Assembly: GCA_977030845.1 (NCBI GenBank)
Contig: OZ365113.1
Location: 16,926,001-16,990,000, forward strand
DNA from: Fimbriosthenelais zetlandica
Lineage: Eukaryota
DNA: 64,000 nucleotides
Reading direction: 5' to 3'
Positions 51,734 through 64,000 of the stretch are shown here, piece after piece. The notes beneath the pieces were generated by a model that was not told the DNA's origin, made no database searches, and saw nothing but the letters and a program-made list of their open reading frames with translations. The position numbers were made by a program, and so were the translations under genes. Position 1 is the first letter of the stretch. Every line of letters begins with the position of its first letter.

Positions 51734-54700
51734 CTAGAATTTATGAAGGCGACTCATGGCCTCGGATGCCTTGATCCGCACCTCAGGCGAAGTGTCTTTC
51801 AGCAACATGACCAGAGCTGGAAATATAAACCAAACAATCATCTACACACATCAAACATACAAATTTGTCATACCTTTCCTATAATATCCATAATTATCGC
51901 TAAATCATTCTTTTTTTTTAGGTTTGTGTAAAAAAAAAAATCAAAAAAAAAATCGATCTACCTGAGCAGACATGTTCCTTGGACACCTCGCCATACTGTT
52001 CTGTAGGGGTGTTACCAAGGAGGAAACCAACAAACATGGCGGCGTTCGACTTGATCTCACTCCACGTGCTCCGGAAGTACGTCACATTCCCCATGACGTA
52101 AAAATTCAGTTTGTCAGGGAAGTCCACAACCTGAAACAAATGAAATAAAATGTTTAAAATTACAACTATTTGTAGACATCCCTGATATCTATATAGGTAA
52201 GCTCACGGTCATGAGGAAAATGAAACAATAATGTTATAACAATCAGTAAAGATTTATTTTTTCAAAACTTATATGGAAGGAGTACTCACGATGGCCTTGG
52301 CCAAGTCGTTCATGAATTCTCCATAGTGAAGTGTAGACCCCTCGCGTAGATGTTTCTGGAACATGTTGTTGATGGTGTCTGACCCTATCAGTGGACCAAG
52401 CAGCCTCAACGAGTACTTACAGGCCTGAGGAGAAATCAACAGTCTCATAAATCCTCACCAAATATATTCTAAAATGTTTGTAAAATTCTAAAAGTAAAAG
52501 TTAGTACAGGAGTTATGGGTCTACTACTTACAGTGCGAACCTCCATGTCTGGGTCGTTTAGGTGGAGTAGGAGACTGACAAAGTTGGTGTGGATCTGCTC
52601 CAGGAAGGGCGCCTTAGAAGGACCATCACCAAACCGTGACAGGTTACCGAAGAGAGTGAAGGCAGCTGCACGTACAGCAGCCTTCTCCTGTAAGGAATCA
52701 ACAGGTTTAGTATAATTTAGAAAAACGATTTAAACAAAAAATAGGCCCAAACATTAGAAAATAGCAAAAATAGTCAAACCAAGAGAAAAATAATAAAATT
52801 CTGGATAAATTTCAGAGAGAATCTGACCTTCTCAAAGCAGGGTCTGATTCGGAGTGCTATATTGATGAGGATAGCACGGATGTGACTCTCATCAATCTGG
52901 GCGAGGATACGTGAGAGACCACTCATAGCCTCCAGTGTGATATCATCCTCCAAATCCTCCTTATCATCCATACCGGCCATCATGGCTGACAGCACGGTGG
53001 TCGAGTGACGCTGGACCTGCTCAGATGTACAAGTGATAACTATTCAACCAACAAGGATTCTCTTTGAAATCAAGGGCCAAAATGTTAAATGGAAGGCTGC
53101 TCCAAGTTTGCTATCTGTATATTAAGTAATCTTTCATTACCGGTACTTTGGAATTACATGTATAGGCCTAGGCCTACATTGATAGAGGTGGGTGAACCTC
53201 ATCAAATGCTATTCTTGATCAAGGAAGTAATAATAATTGTGTTGTTTCATAGGCCTACTAGTATTCTTTAACCATGCACGTATAAAATGATTGAAATTTA
53301 GTCTGAATGACTCAGTATGTAAATGAGTGTAATTTGGCAATTTTTGCAACGGAAATCCACAGAAATGGAAAATATTGAAAGGAATTTTCAATGAAAAGCA
53401 GGGTATAATGGAGCAAATGAATTGGCACAACAGAAAAATGTCAGAATAAACAATTCAACACAATGCAATGGGGGGAAATTGTGACAAAGTATAACACTCC
53501 AGTGTTTATGAGTTCATCAAAAAAGGTTTTAGGCCTAACATATTGGCAAAATTATATAGGGCCTACGTAACGTACTAGTACCCAGGTCGTTTCTTTTAAG
53601 AATCCAAAACATTATTCCGAGGGCACCAGTAGGACAGTCAAGATTCCCGGAATTAGCCTACATTTATCGCTCTCTAAAATGGAGAGCGCCCTGCATCTCG
53701 GTCGATTTTCCTTGGTCTGGCTATGATACAGTGCAGCCACCTAGTGTTTACCTTGTGCATCGAGAGTGAACTGAGCTCCACCGCGCCTTTACCTCAGCGG
53801 TAAACCACCAGGTGCCTGCACTGTTTCTAGTCGCCGCCATCAGCCGAGTGCCCAAGGCCAAGCCGGTTAATGCCGGCGTCGCTAGGAATTTTCAGATGGC
53901 GTATGTAGATCTATTAAAGCACCTAAATCGGCCAGAATTGAAATCAGTTGGTAAATTTACATGGAAAATCTATTTCATCCAAAAGAACAGAGCTACGCTG
54001 CCTGTAAACCTGTAAAGGCGAGAGAAATTGGAAGTGAGCGATAATAGGGGTTTTGGCAGATCCCGGCCCAGTGGCTCCCTCGCGATCTATACGGCAAACG
54101 AAGGAACTAAGATATAAGAGAACTTTCTGCCCCATGCGACTACCCCACCACCGGCAAAAGCGGGAACTAATGCTCAATGCTAAGTGAATGGTAGCCATTG
54201 AACATTGAGCGTTAGTTCCCCCTCTTGCCGTATAGCTGTGCTCACAACACTGCTTCCATTCACTCGCCGTTTACAGGTTTTCAGACAGCATACCTCTGTT
54301 CTTTTACATACGATGAATTCTTCTTGAGAATCTACCGACGAATTCCAATTTAGGCTCATTTTGGTGCTTCCAAATATCTGCAAATGCCGTCTGCAAATTC
54401 TGAGCGCGCTCCATTGACTTAGCATTGAGCGTTTGTTCCCGCTTTTGCCGGTGGTGGGGTAGCGTAGTCGCATGGGGCCGAAAGTGACTTACTTTGGGGG
54501 TGCTCTGAAAAAGCTCGCCTAAATTTTGCAGGGCGATGAAAATGAGATTCCGGATATCTTGACTATAATGGGCACCAGAGAGAAAGAGAGAGAGGGGGAG
54601 TTGATTAAGTGATGCAGAAGACAATGATGAGAACAAAATGTTAATGGTCTAATAATAAAAACAAAATTCCTATTGCCTATTTTTAGAGGAAGTCCCGTAG

Positions 54701-57700
54701 ATAAGGCTATTGACCTGCACTATTTTACCAAGGTAACCGATACTTTCTCAGATATTTTTTTCAGGAGTGTGTGCCATGCAAGTTTGTTAAGTGAACTATA
54801 ATTCATGACCTATCATGCTAGGTTACCATATCTTAATTATACTCACTGTTATCTCATGATAATTTTCTATGTACTAATCATAGTGGGAGAAAAAGGCATA
54901 ATCAGGGAATGAACAACCAAAAATTCTTCCACTGTAAATCAAATGAACATAGCTTGATAATAAAGCATCGATTCTTGCCACGGTCAACTTAGTCAAACCT
55001 TCATTTCTACCTTGCGAGAAAAAAAACAAATTTTGATATGCTGCTATCTGTATGTTCATGTTCATGTCCTTTAGCACTAAGTGTTATTCACAGACTAGAG
55101 TACATATAATTTAGTATTCTTTTCCCCTTTATATTTAGTAGAGTGTAATTATATTTGGGATATATTTATTAGTATTTTAGTTATTTTTTATACCAATTTT
55201 AGCTTCTGGAACGAAATACCTACATGTTAATTATTTTTGTCAATTTCTAATTGTTTTAGAGGTGATAAACTTACCTGTTCACGACCAACACTGGCCACAT
55301 TGCCCAGACCACGAATACACAGCTTCCTGACAATATGCGAGGAGTCGACCAGGCGACCGAGAAGGCTGTTAACCAGCATCTCCACCAAAGCCAGGTCCCC
55401 AGCACACTTCTGATTTATCATCTGTAAAATTCATGGCATTAATTTCACTTTAATTCATTTTTATTTTTTGGATGAAAAATAAAGCAGAGTTAGGTTGAAT
55501 GAGGCATACCTCAGCAAAGACAGCAGCTACCATGACCCGCTGTGGTTCATAGACGCTGGCGAGCACAGGGTTTAACACGTTGATGAGCTTACATACGTGT
55601 TGTGGCTGCTGCTCCACCACCAAGCTGGGTATGAAAGATAAATCAAATATTAATGTTTTAACTTTGCTGTATAAGAGAGAAAAACTGTACAGATTTATTA
55701 CAGAATTATTGATAAGTGCCTCTTGAGAAATTTGGGCCCACGATTCAATGCTGTCAGAAGGTAATGAAATACGCAGGGAAAACATAAGACTAACCGAGCC
55801 AGTAAAGTGAAGGCTTCAGGGAAGAGCTCCTCATCAGCAAAGTTGGGCCAGGCCTCCTCCTCCGCCATCTTGTCTATGATATCCTGACCTTCACCAGCCA
55901 TGAGCAGGTCACGGAGCGCCTCAGTAGACATCTGACTGGGGTCGATCACTGGCGCTTTAGTCTTATCCTTCTTGTCCTTCTTATCTTTCTCTTTGTTTTT
56001 TTCATCCTATCATGAGACAAATTACATTATATATATATGCAGATGACAGGGTACTACAAAGAGAAAAGTCAGTATAAATGTACCGATAAGGGTGGCTTAC
56101 CTTGGGACGTTTAGGAGGTTTAACATCGACCGTGGAGGCCACTCTGACCATGACAGCGCCCAGGATGCTAGGGTAGAGCTGAGATAACTGATCTGCTGCT
56201 TCTTCCACCTTAAACAACTCAGCCAAGGCACAGGTCGCCTAGACCAAGTGATGAATCAGTTTATATTACAACAGGCTATACAAGATGGAACCGTAATATT
56301 ATATTCACTAGTATACAAGCATAGACTAGGCTAAAGAGGGTGTAGCCGTACCAAAGCCTCAACTACAGGCAATGCTGTCTAATTCTCAAGAAATGAAATA
56401 ATATATTAGGCCTTAATGGCAAGATTTTCATTTGTAGAAACCTCAAAACATTTTGAGCAAATATATTTTGAGCCTGAATAAGTAAGGAAAAATGCTTACA
56501 GCTAGAGGTAAGGGAGTGGCAGTGCGCTCACTCTTGTCCTTCTCTCTGGCGCCAGGTTTCTCCTCGTAAGGTAGACTTTTATTAAGTACTTCCAGGAGGT
56601 GATTAAACATGCTCCCCACTAGTGACTTCTCTTCACCAATCACACGCCAACAGGCCAGATTATGTCTAGATAGCACAAAGACATTCACTGTAAATTTCAT
56701 TGGATTTCCTACAGAAACCATATCAATTCAACAGATTTTCTCAGAAACTTACTCATTGAAGGGTAGAGGGTAGTTGAGAAGAGCTGTCATGGTAGCAAGC
56801 AAATGGTGTGAAGCCAGAGTTCTTACAGCACGTAGAGTGCCCGTATACGTCTGTTTACAAGTGACGAGAGGCAGGCGTTCTAACAAGGCGGCTAACATAG
56901 GCTCAACCTGGATAAAGAAAACCGGCAATCATCATCAATGTAATGTATATATTCCCAGACATTCTCTAAAAAAAATAGGAGATAAAGTTTCTTTTATGGT
57001 CAAGAGACATTTCTTTTACACAGCATGAGAACTATGAGATACTATGCCTTCTACGTGAGAATGAAGATGTCTAAAAAATTAAAGCCCACATTTACAGATA
57101 AATTTAGGCAATGACAGAGCACATTGCGAGTTACAAGTTTACCTCATGAGGGAGAGCTCCGCCACGAGTCTTGACGATAGTATTGAGGATGACACAAGTG
57201 CCAGAGGAGCTCTGACCATGTGGATCAGCAAGTCCTTCATATAACTGACCCAACAGAGGTAGCAACTGATCAGCAGGTACCAGCTTACTGACCAACTGCA
57301 ACAGAAAATGGCATTGTATCATTGTATACATAATTCTTACATGAAAGATAGAAATTATGACTAAATATTTATACTTAGAAGCTTTTCTGCTACATAATTA
57401 CATATATCATTAGGTTATTTTTCTACACACATTTATTTTTTGCTCAGGCTACCACTGATTAGGGTCTAATACCTATACATGTATGTATATATGTACTCCT
57501 TCTATCATAGAAATTATGAATTTATTGAGCTTTGATTAAGATAGGGAATAATACAAAACATGTAATAAAAATAATGCAGTCCTAATATATTATACGTAGA
57601 AATGAAGTGCAAACTACGATACTAACAATTTTACCTATAATATAAAGAATTACTATATGACAAACGCGCATGAATAATTCAGTTTATAGATGGGAATAAA

Positions 57701-60700
57701 AGCAAGACTTGGACTACATTGAAGTAAAAGGGAACGACGTATGTGCAACCATGTACTATGTACTATATCAACCAAGCAAATAAAATATCAAAGACATATA
57801 TATAATAGACTGAGATACTGAAACGTAAATGATTATATATAATGAACAATAATAAGTTCCAAACCTTCTCATTAGGACTTTGTATAAAGAGCTGCAACAT
57901 ACAGAACTGCGCCTTAATTCTCTGTGCATATTCATTGATAATATATTCTCATATTTCCAGGTCAGATGGTTTCTCTTTTAAATTTATTGCAACATGTAAA
58001 TTTGTCTTGAGAGAAATATAAAAATCTAAAAAGACTTTCAACATTTTATCGGCCCACTCAGGTTAAATAGAAAGTGATTGTAGCTTACCTTGCCAATATC
58101 CTTGGAGACGTTGAAGAGAGTCGTTGAGTCTGTTTTCTTGATACGTTCACGAAGAGTAGGCATCTGTTCAACCATCTCATCCTGGTAATCCGCACCATGA
58201 CCTGAAATCATGGAATCATGGAATGGAATATTTTAGATTAAAATAATAAACTTCCATTAATGAACACCTCTGATTAAGAACCACCTCTGAATAGTGAACA
58301 CCAAGTCCTGTACGGTACCTTTGATGAGGAAATACCTTCATATATAATAATATATCACTAACCTTGATATCTTAGGGCAATTTTGAGTACCGTCTGAACA
58401 CAATCTATGGCAGTCTGTCTAACAGGGAGATGAGGGTCGGTACAACGGGGTACCAGGCGACCCAGCAGCGTGCCCAGGTTAGAAAAGTGACTTGTCATCT
58501 GAAGAAAGATGAAAAATATTGCTAACCGAGGGGAATATTAAAAAAATTCTTGATGTAAATTAATATTGGCCTTGAGCCACTCAATCAACTTTTAAGAATA
58601 TTTCAGGAAGACTCACCCCTATCTTGACTTGTAAATTTTGAAGATAGAGAGAGAAGAGTGTGTAACATAATGTCAAGGATCGCTCCCTCTCATGATCGTT
58701 GTTTGAACTACTCCAGGTATGCAGGTGCTAAAAAAAGTCAAAATGAAAATAATTATAAGAGAATAATTCACATGTAAGTTGATTATTTTAAAAATGATTT
58801 TTTTCTTCAGTTTTGACTTTCTGTATACCTTATAAATAGCCTCTAGCCCCTCGGGCGTAGGCTGCTTTAGGAGCAGCTCGCGAATGAGGCCCTCCAGACC
58901 AGAAATGACGTCATTCATGAGCGTTTCAGTGTGCACGAGTTCCTCGTATGTCTCTTCTTTAGACTTCCGGTTGGGACAGCCCCCTGGTGGCAGAGTCATG
59001 ACTGAATCTAGAGAGGCCTTGAGCAGCTCAGACGATTCCTCGTCTTCAAGTACAGGGTCCAGTTTACTTCCAGAGTCAAGGCTTTTATGGATCTATGTTA
59101 CTGAAGTTCATAATACATGTATTATTTTATATGGTTTAGTGTCTGTAATCGTTATTCGGATTAAATTATACATAACAAGGTCTTTTTAAACCAAGGATAC
59201 ACAAGTGTAGCCGCAGCTCTTAATGCTAAAGATCTAGTCTCTGTAGTCAGCAAACCGGGTGGCTCCATTTTCAGGTAGTTCTGGAACCAAATACAAACAG
59301 TGAATACATGCCTAAGTAGTACGTTATGGGATGCTTTACATTCAAATTTAATATTGGTCTCAAAACAGTGGGGCGGGCAGACCCAAAAAGTGGAGGGGAA
59401 AGAAGGTTTCCCTTGTAACCTATGTGATTAACACTACGGGCATGGGCATATGAAACCCTAAAAAAGCCAGATTCAGAAGACCTTCAACGACCCTTCATAG
59501 TTTGTGACACCGCTGCAAATCCAGAACTGGATTACGTAACGATGATAATGACATTACCTGCATGTGAGTGAGGAGTTCTGCCCGCTGGTTAAACAGTGAC
59601 TGCGTCATGAGGTGCTCTGGGTGCATCGTTCTACCTATCATCTCTGATGTCTCAATCAAGGCATGTTTAATACAGATATCCTGAAAATGATCAAACAAAA
59701 ACATACTAAAAAATGTATAAACATTCTCAAAACCATCCCCATTCTGATAATCTTACTTAAAAATATATCTGAACATTACAATTCATTAAGCCTTATTAAC
59801 ATAAATACATTTTAGTACACATGTACACAATGAATTAACGCATTATTCTATAACTATACATATATACAACCTACACAAAAATGAGATTTGATTGTTTTTC
59901 CACTCGTCTCAACACACGAATCAATATCTATAGATTGAAATATTGCCTCTTAAAATATTAAAATCTGGTATGGACAATGAAAAGCACATTTATACGTCAG
60001 CGGATACAATGGGAGTGCTTTCTACAGGCCTTTCTACTTTCCCATTTACTTAAGTAAAAAATGGGGTTGGGCGGCGGTATAGATCTGACATAAACTCTGG
60101 ATCTGAATGTCCTACCCACATAAATGTCATACTTCGATAGAATTCAATTGGAGGGCGATACCCACATAAATGTCCTACCCCAATAGAAATAAACTGGAGG
60201 GCGATACCCACATAAATGTCCTACCCCAATAGAAATAAACTGGAGGGCGATACCCACATAAATATCCTACCTCAAAAGAATTCAACTGGAGGGCGATACC
60301 CACTGGGGCACTGGGCCGTTTATGCTATCAATACCGGATTACACCAAAATAAATAAATATAAGAAATAACCTTAAATCTATCACTCACACTGTGTCCCTG
60401 CCTCAAAAGATCTTTCTCTTTCTGTCAAGCATGGATGAAAATCAAATCAATGATGTCTTTAGTAATTATCATATCGTATTTGTCTAAATTATAAATATCT
60501 GAATAAATAATATATCAGGACAAGAAAGAAGTAGGTCTACCATTAACAAGTGGAGAAACCAAATTGATATAATCACCTTGACTACAGGGAAGTGGGGAGA
60601 AATGGCTTTGATGATGGTCGTTTCAATCCTGGAAGCAATGATGGAGTGTGGGGCAAAGAGGCATACATAGCCATAGCTTAAGATGAGAGTGGATTTAGTC

Positions 60701-63700
60701 TTATCATCGACATCTGACCGACTGACCGAATCCTGAATAAAATCCAGACGACATGATTAAGATCACTGCCCGATATTGAAGTGCAATGTATATTTAAGGC
60801 TAGACAAATTTAGGATATCTAACTTGGAATTTTCGATATCATAGAAATTATTTTCAGCTGACCTTTATGAAGCTGAAGAGACCAGAGGAGCGTTTTCCAG
60901 TTTCGTTTTTCCCCACTGACTCAAGTTTGACAAGGACATTATCTAGATGGGCCGCGGCCACAAAGCCCATAGCCATGGCACATCCCTTGAAACAAATTAA
61001 AACAATACAAGTTAGAAAAACTACAACACATAAAGTTGATACAAATATAATTAAGAAAAATACGTAAAAGCAAAAACCGTACCTCTCTCTCGACCTCATT
61101 GGAATGTTTGACATTAGAGAATATGATATCTAGGTGTTTCAAGACAAAGTCTTTCTTGTTGGACTTCCTCATTACGATGCCGAGCGCCTTGAAGGCGAAG
61201 TTTTTCTCCTCGGGTAGACTGGAGTAATGAGGGAGTTGGCGGCCGAGGATATCCCCGAGGCCCTCAGTCCAGTTCTCATCATTGATCTGATCCAGAGTTT
61301 TAGACAGCAGCTGGAAGGCCGATGATATAAGGGTTCACATTTAAGTCTATGTATAAATGTCTGGAAATTTAAACTAATAAAGTATAATTCAAAGACAAAC
61401 CTTTAATACTAAATCTTCCCAATTTTTCTGTGACCATTTCTCTGGCTCTTCCTGGTTTTCCTCGAAATAGTGGACCATTTTTGGAATGACTGTATCCCAG
61501 AGTTCAACAAGCGAGGCGTCAATATTCGGGGATAGGGCACGTAGGGCGTTCAGGACGTGAGCACCTCGGTTACGACCTCCAGTGGGTCTCCCATACATAA
61601 CCTGAAATGCACCAAGATAAATCAGAAGGACTGCTTAATACTTCCAAAAAGGTTCTTTAAAATATTTATTCAAATCAGTTTACCGCATCTCAACAAAATG
61701 ATACAACAACTGGAACCTTGAAGTGTATGCCATTTCTACAAATCATTGTATCACTCAATATTAATCTATGTAACACCAGAGCCCTTAGCTAAAGTAAGGA
61801 GGGTGGGTTTGTAGCAGGATAGGGGTTAGTTTGACAGATCAGTTGGGAGGATGTGGGGTTGGATTGTATGAGAGCAGTTGTAGAGTAGACGGGGCTTGGA
61901 AGGTGGATGGGTATATTAAATTAAGTATAGGAAGTAGACTGAAGTAGTTAGTAGCTATAATGTGTACCTTAAGATTAAAAGGTTGGCCTGACATCACCTA
62001 TATTGAAAATTAAAAAAAATAAAATCTTGAAACTACCAAAAATCACTTATAAAAGATACACAGACCCTAAAATGAATTTTTAAAAAATATTCCCAAAGCA
62101 TACAAAAAACAGCAAATCTTTAAATTATAATAATCTTCGCTTATTTGTGTGTGGGTTAAATTGCTTGAAGTAAATAAACTTATTTTGTCTGCTTACATAT
62201 TCCTAAAATTTAATGAATACTTAAAAGTGGTGCTTCCTAGAACCCAGCAATGTTATTGAGTAAGAACAAGATCGGCTAACATAGTCAAAATATTGTAACC
62301 TATCATAACGTTCTTAAAGAATATATAAATTTTATACTCACAAGTAATCTAGCAAATATCTCCTGGGGTTTAGGAACATTAACTGAAAAAAATGCTTATT
62401 ACATTAATATATATGTTTTTAAAATACACTTTAAACTATGTTGATATGATACCAATTATTAAATCGATCATAATGAAATTGGACAAACACGAGAGGAGAA
62501 CAAAGTTTAGAAACGTATATGAATCTAGTCTGATTCGGGACTCAATCTTACCATCTTCTTCAAAATTAACCATATAATCTGTAGCATTCTCATCTCTCTT
62601 CTTTTGCCCAATACTCGCCACACAACGACAGATAGCTCCCATTGCATCAAAGTATTGTTCCGGGACCAGAAATTCCAAGAGGTAAGGCCACAACACCTAA
62701 ACATAATTGTCATAGTGCAATATAGTTCTAGATGAACAAAATGTCAGATAAGAATTACCAGAGATTAATGTCTTAAATACGTTTAAAAATGAATTTCCTC
62801 TACTTACCGTATCCAAGTCATCCACTGTGGTGCACATCAGCTGTAGCACATTCTCACACATTGAACGCAGAGCTTCATTACTCACATACTCAGGATCGTT
62901 AGGCCGTTTACTCTAAAAGCAATAAACACAGGATCAACCAATGGATGAACAGACAAAATTTTGCTTTAAATGCTTAAATGATTACCAATAAATAAGAAAT
63001 AAAGAAATATAAGGTGAAAGTTTACCTGAGGGTCGTGAGAGACACAGCACTGTCTGGTGATAAACTCAATCATGAGAGGTCCACCATCCAGCTCTAGGTA
63101 ACCATGGTGACTCATAGCCATCACAGTCTGAGCTAACTCCTTCTTTACCTAAAAATACAGTACATAAATACAGTACATAATAACTCATATATTCAATGCT
63201 GAAGTGAGGAAAATTTAAGCAACATGCAATCAATGAAATACACAATAATTCGGATATTTTATCTAAGTAAGGATGGTATCTTCCCAAAATATAATACTAT
63301 TCATCCATTAGATAGGAGAGTGAGAGAGTATGGGGTTATATTTACTTTGTTACTGGTTTCATTGAGGAGTATCTTTAGACCAATGAGGATGTGTTGTTTC
63401 TTGTCTTCCAGCACACTATCAGCACTGTTAATCAGGTGACGGAGGATGGACACAGTAGCTACACGTGTCCTCTCATTGCCTCCCTCTAACTTCTGTAGGA
63501 GATAAGGCACCAGCCTCCCGGAATATGGCTCAGCTGAATAGGAGAATGCGAGGAACCATATAATAAGATAACTACATGTACATGTGTATAAGAAAGGATA
63601 GGAATAAAGAGATTGTATTGAGAGTATACGCACCCAAAGTTGTATAACATCTCAGGAGCTCATTGTGGTTCTTCACAGTCATTGGGTTATTATAATCTAC

Positions 63701-63712
63701 AGGTTGACACAT
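51734..63712 (-). CDS. MROH1: Maestro heat-like repeat-containing protein family member 1 (HEAT-repeat scaffold), 3' 28 exons; 5' part lies beyond the right edge
   Basis: Exons (5'->3'): 63712-63634, 63533-63346, 63148-63026, 62912-62808, 62696-62552, 62382-62342, 61601-61401, 61310-61083, 60985-60863, 60732-60577, 59680-59558, 59280-59201, 59066-58829, 58727-58617, 58498-58363, 58201-58089, 57295-57143, 56907-56753, 56665-56500, 56238-56101, 56006-55795, 55624-55510, 55421-55275, 53016-52828, 52687-52532, 52424-52290, 52130-51962, 51816-51734 (TAG). All are GT-AG with continuous phase. Motifs such as NHNELLRC, AMSHHGYLE, VLWPYLLEFL, LGRLVPRCTDP, IRGLGNVA, LLLHLNDP and LLKDTSPEVRIKASEAM match MROH1. 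Confidence 0.9.
53630..54569. mobile_element. Non-autonomous foldback/MITE-like DNA transposon with several internal inverted repeats, in an MROH1 intron
   Basis: Flanked by a 9-bp direct repeat GGGCACCAG (53621-53629, 54570-54578). Subterminal IR: AGTCAAGATTCCCGGAATT (53636-) versus the reverse complement of ATTCCGGATATCTTGACT (54547-54564). Further IR pairs at ~53880-54040/54245-54406 and 54122-54192/54411-54485. The outermost 5-6 nt do not match perfectly. Confidence 0.65.
59067..59200 (-). other. U12-type (minor spliceosome) GT-AG intron of MROH1
   Basis: The 5' splice site is GTATCCTT (59200-59193), with a CCTTGAC branch site (59081-59075) 8 nt before the intron end and no polypyrimidine tract. 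This splice joins ...ATL-V-KLDPVL in frame (phase 2). Confidence 0.8.
60114..60303 (+). repeat. Intronic minisatellite, 46-bp unit x ~4.1
   Basis: The unit ACCCACATAAATGTCCTACCCCAATAGAAATAAACTGGAGGGCGAT repeats head-to-tail; copies 2 and 3 are nearly identical, copies 1 and 4 diverge. Confidence 0.9.
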
Positions 63713-64000
63713 CTGAAAGATTTATAATATCAATACAGGTTACTGGTACACATCTGTCGAAAAGACTATAATCCAAATTCTATAATCCAAGATCAAGGAT
63801 TGCTGATAACTCTTATTCTTTCTAACTTCCCTTGATGTTTTTTGTCAAAATAACTATAATATAAAAATATATTAATTACAAATCATAAATGTATTAATTA
63901 CAAATCATATATATCATATATAAATCCAGATAAATGAATGGCATAGTCGAATCAGTGCAATAAACTGGAAATAAAACATTTAATTAATGCTACAGGTCAA

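Noticed and set aside
51575-51931. 118-aa plus-strand ORF
   Set aside because: It overlaps the MROH1 last exon and 3'UTR in antisense and has no domain features.
53812-54636. ORFs of 67-110 aa inside the foldback element
   Set aside because: No transposase motifs; they are a by-product of the GC-richer repeat.
60114-60303. Possible CRISPR-like array
   Set aside because: The units are contiguous with no unique spacers, the context is a eukaryotic intron, and there are no cas genes.

Overview
Animal genomic DNA, probably an invertebrate deuterostome; the echinoderm-like guess rests only on frequent TAGGCCTA-type motifs and is weak. The ORF track misses most of the gene structure, so I rebuilt it by hand from splice phases. 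(1) The 3' 28 exons of MROH1/HEATR7A lie on the minus strand (63712 to stop at 51734), with one U12-type intron and a foldback transposon in another intron. (2) IMMP2L (mitochondrial inner-membrane peptidase 2) starts near 49.5 kb on the minus strand, with coding exons at 48868-48978 and 44900-45003. It then enters an intron that appears to run past the left edge (>44.9 kb). (3) Two plus-strand genes are nested antisense in IMMP2L introns. One is a 4-exon, 488-aa cGAS-like/Mab-21 nucleotidyltransferase with an intact catalytic triad and an MGxxxS myristoylation-type N-terminus. The other is an LRRN-family LRR-Ig-FN3-TM receptor with a single coding exon, placed in the intron equivalent to the one hosting LRRN3 in vertebrate IMMP2L. 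(4) Positions 1-41 kb contain no credible intact ORF, only heavily decayed retroelement/transposon-like fragments. The best candidate for something undescribed is the putatively myristoylated cGAS-like receptor nested in the IMMP2L/LRRN locus.
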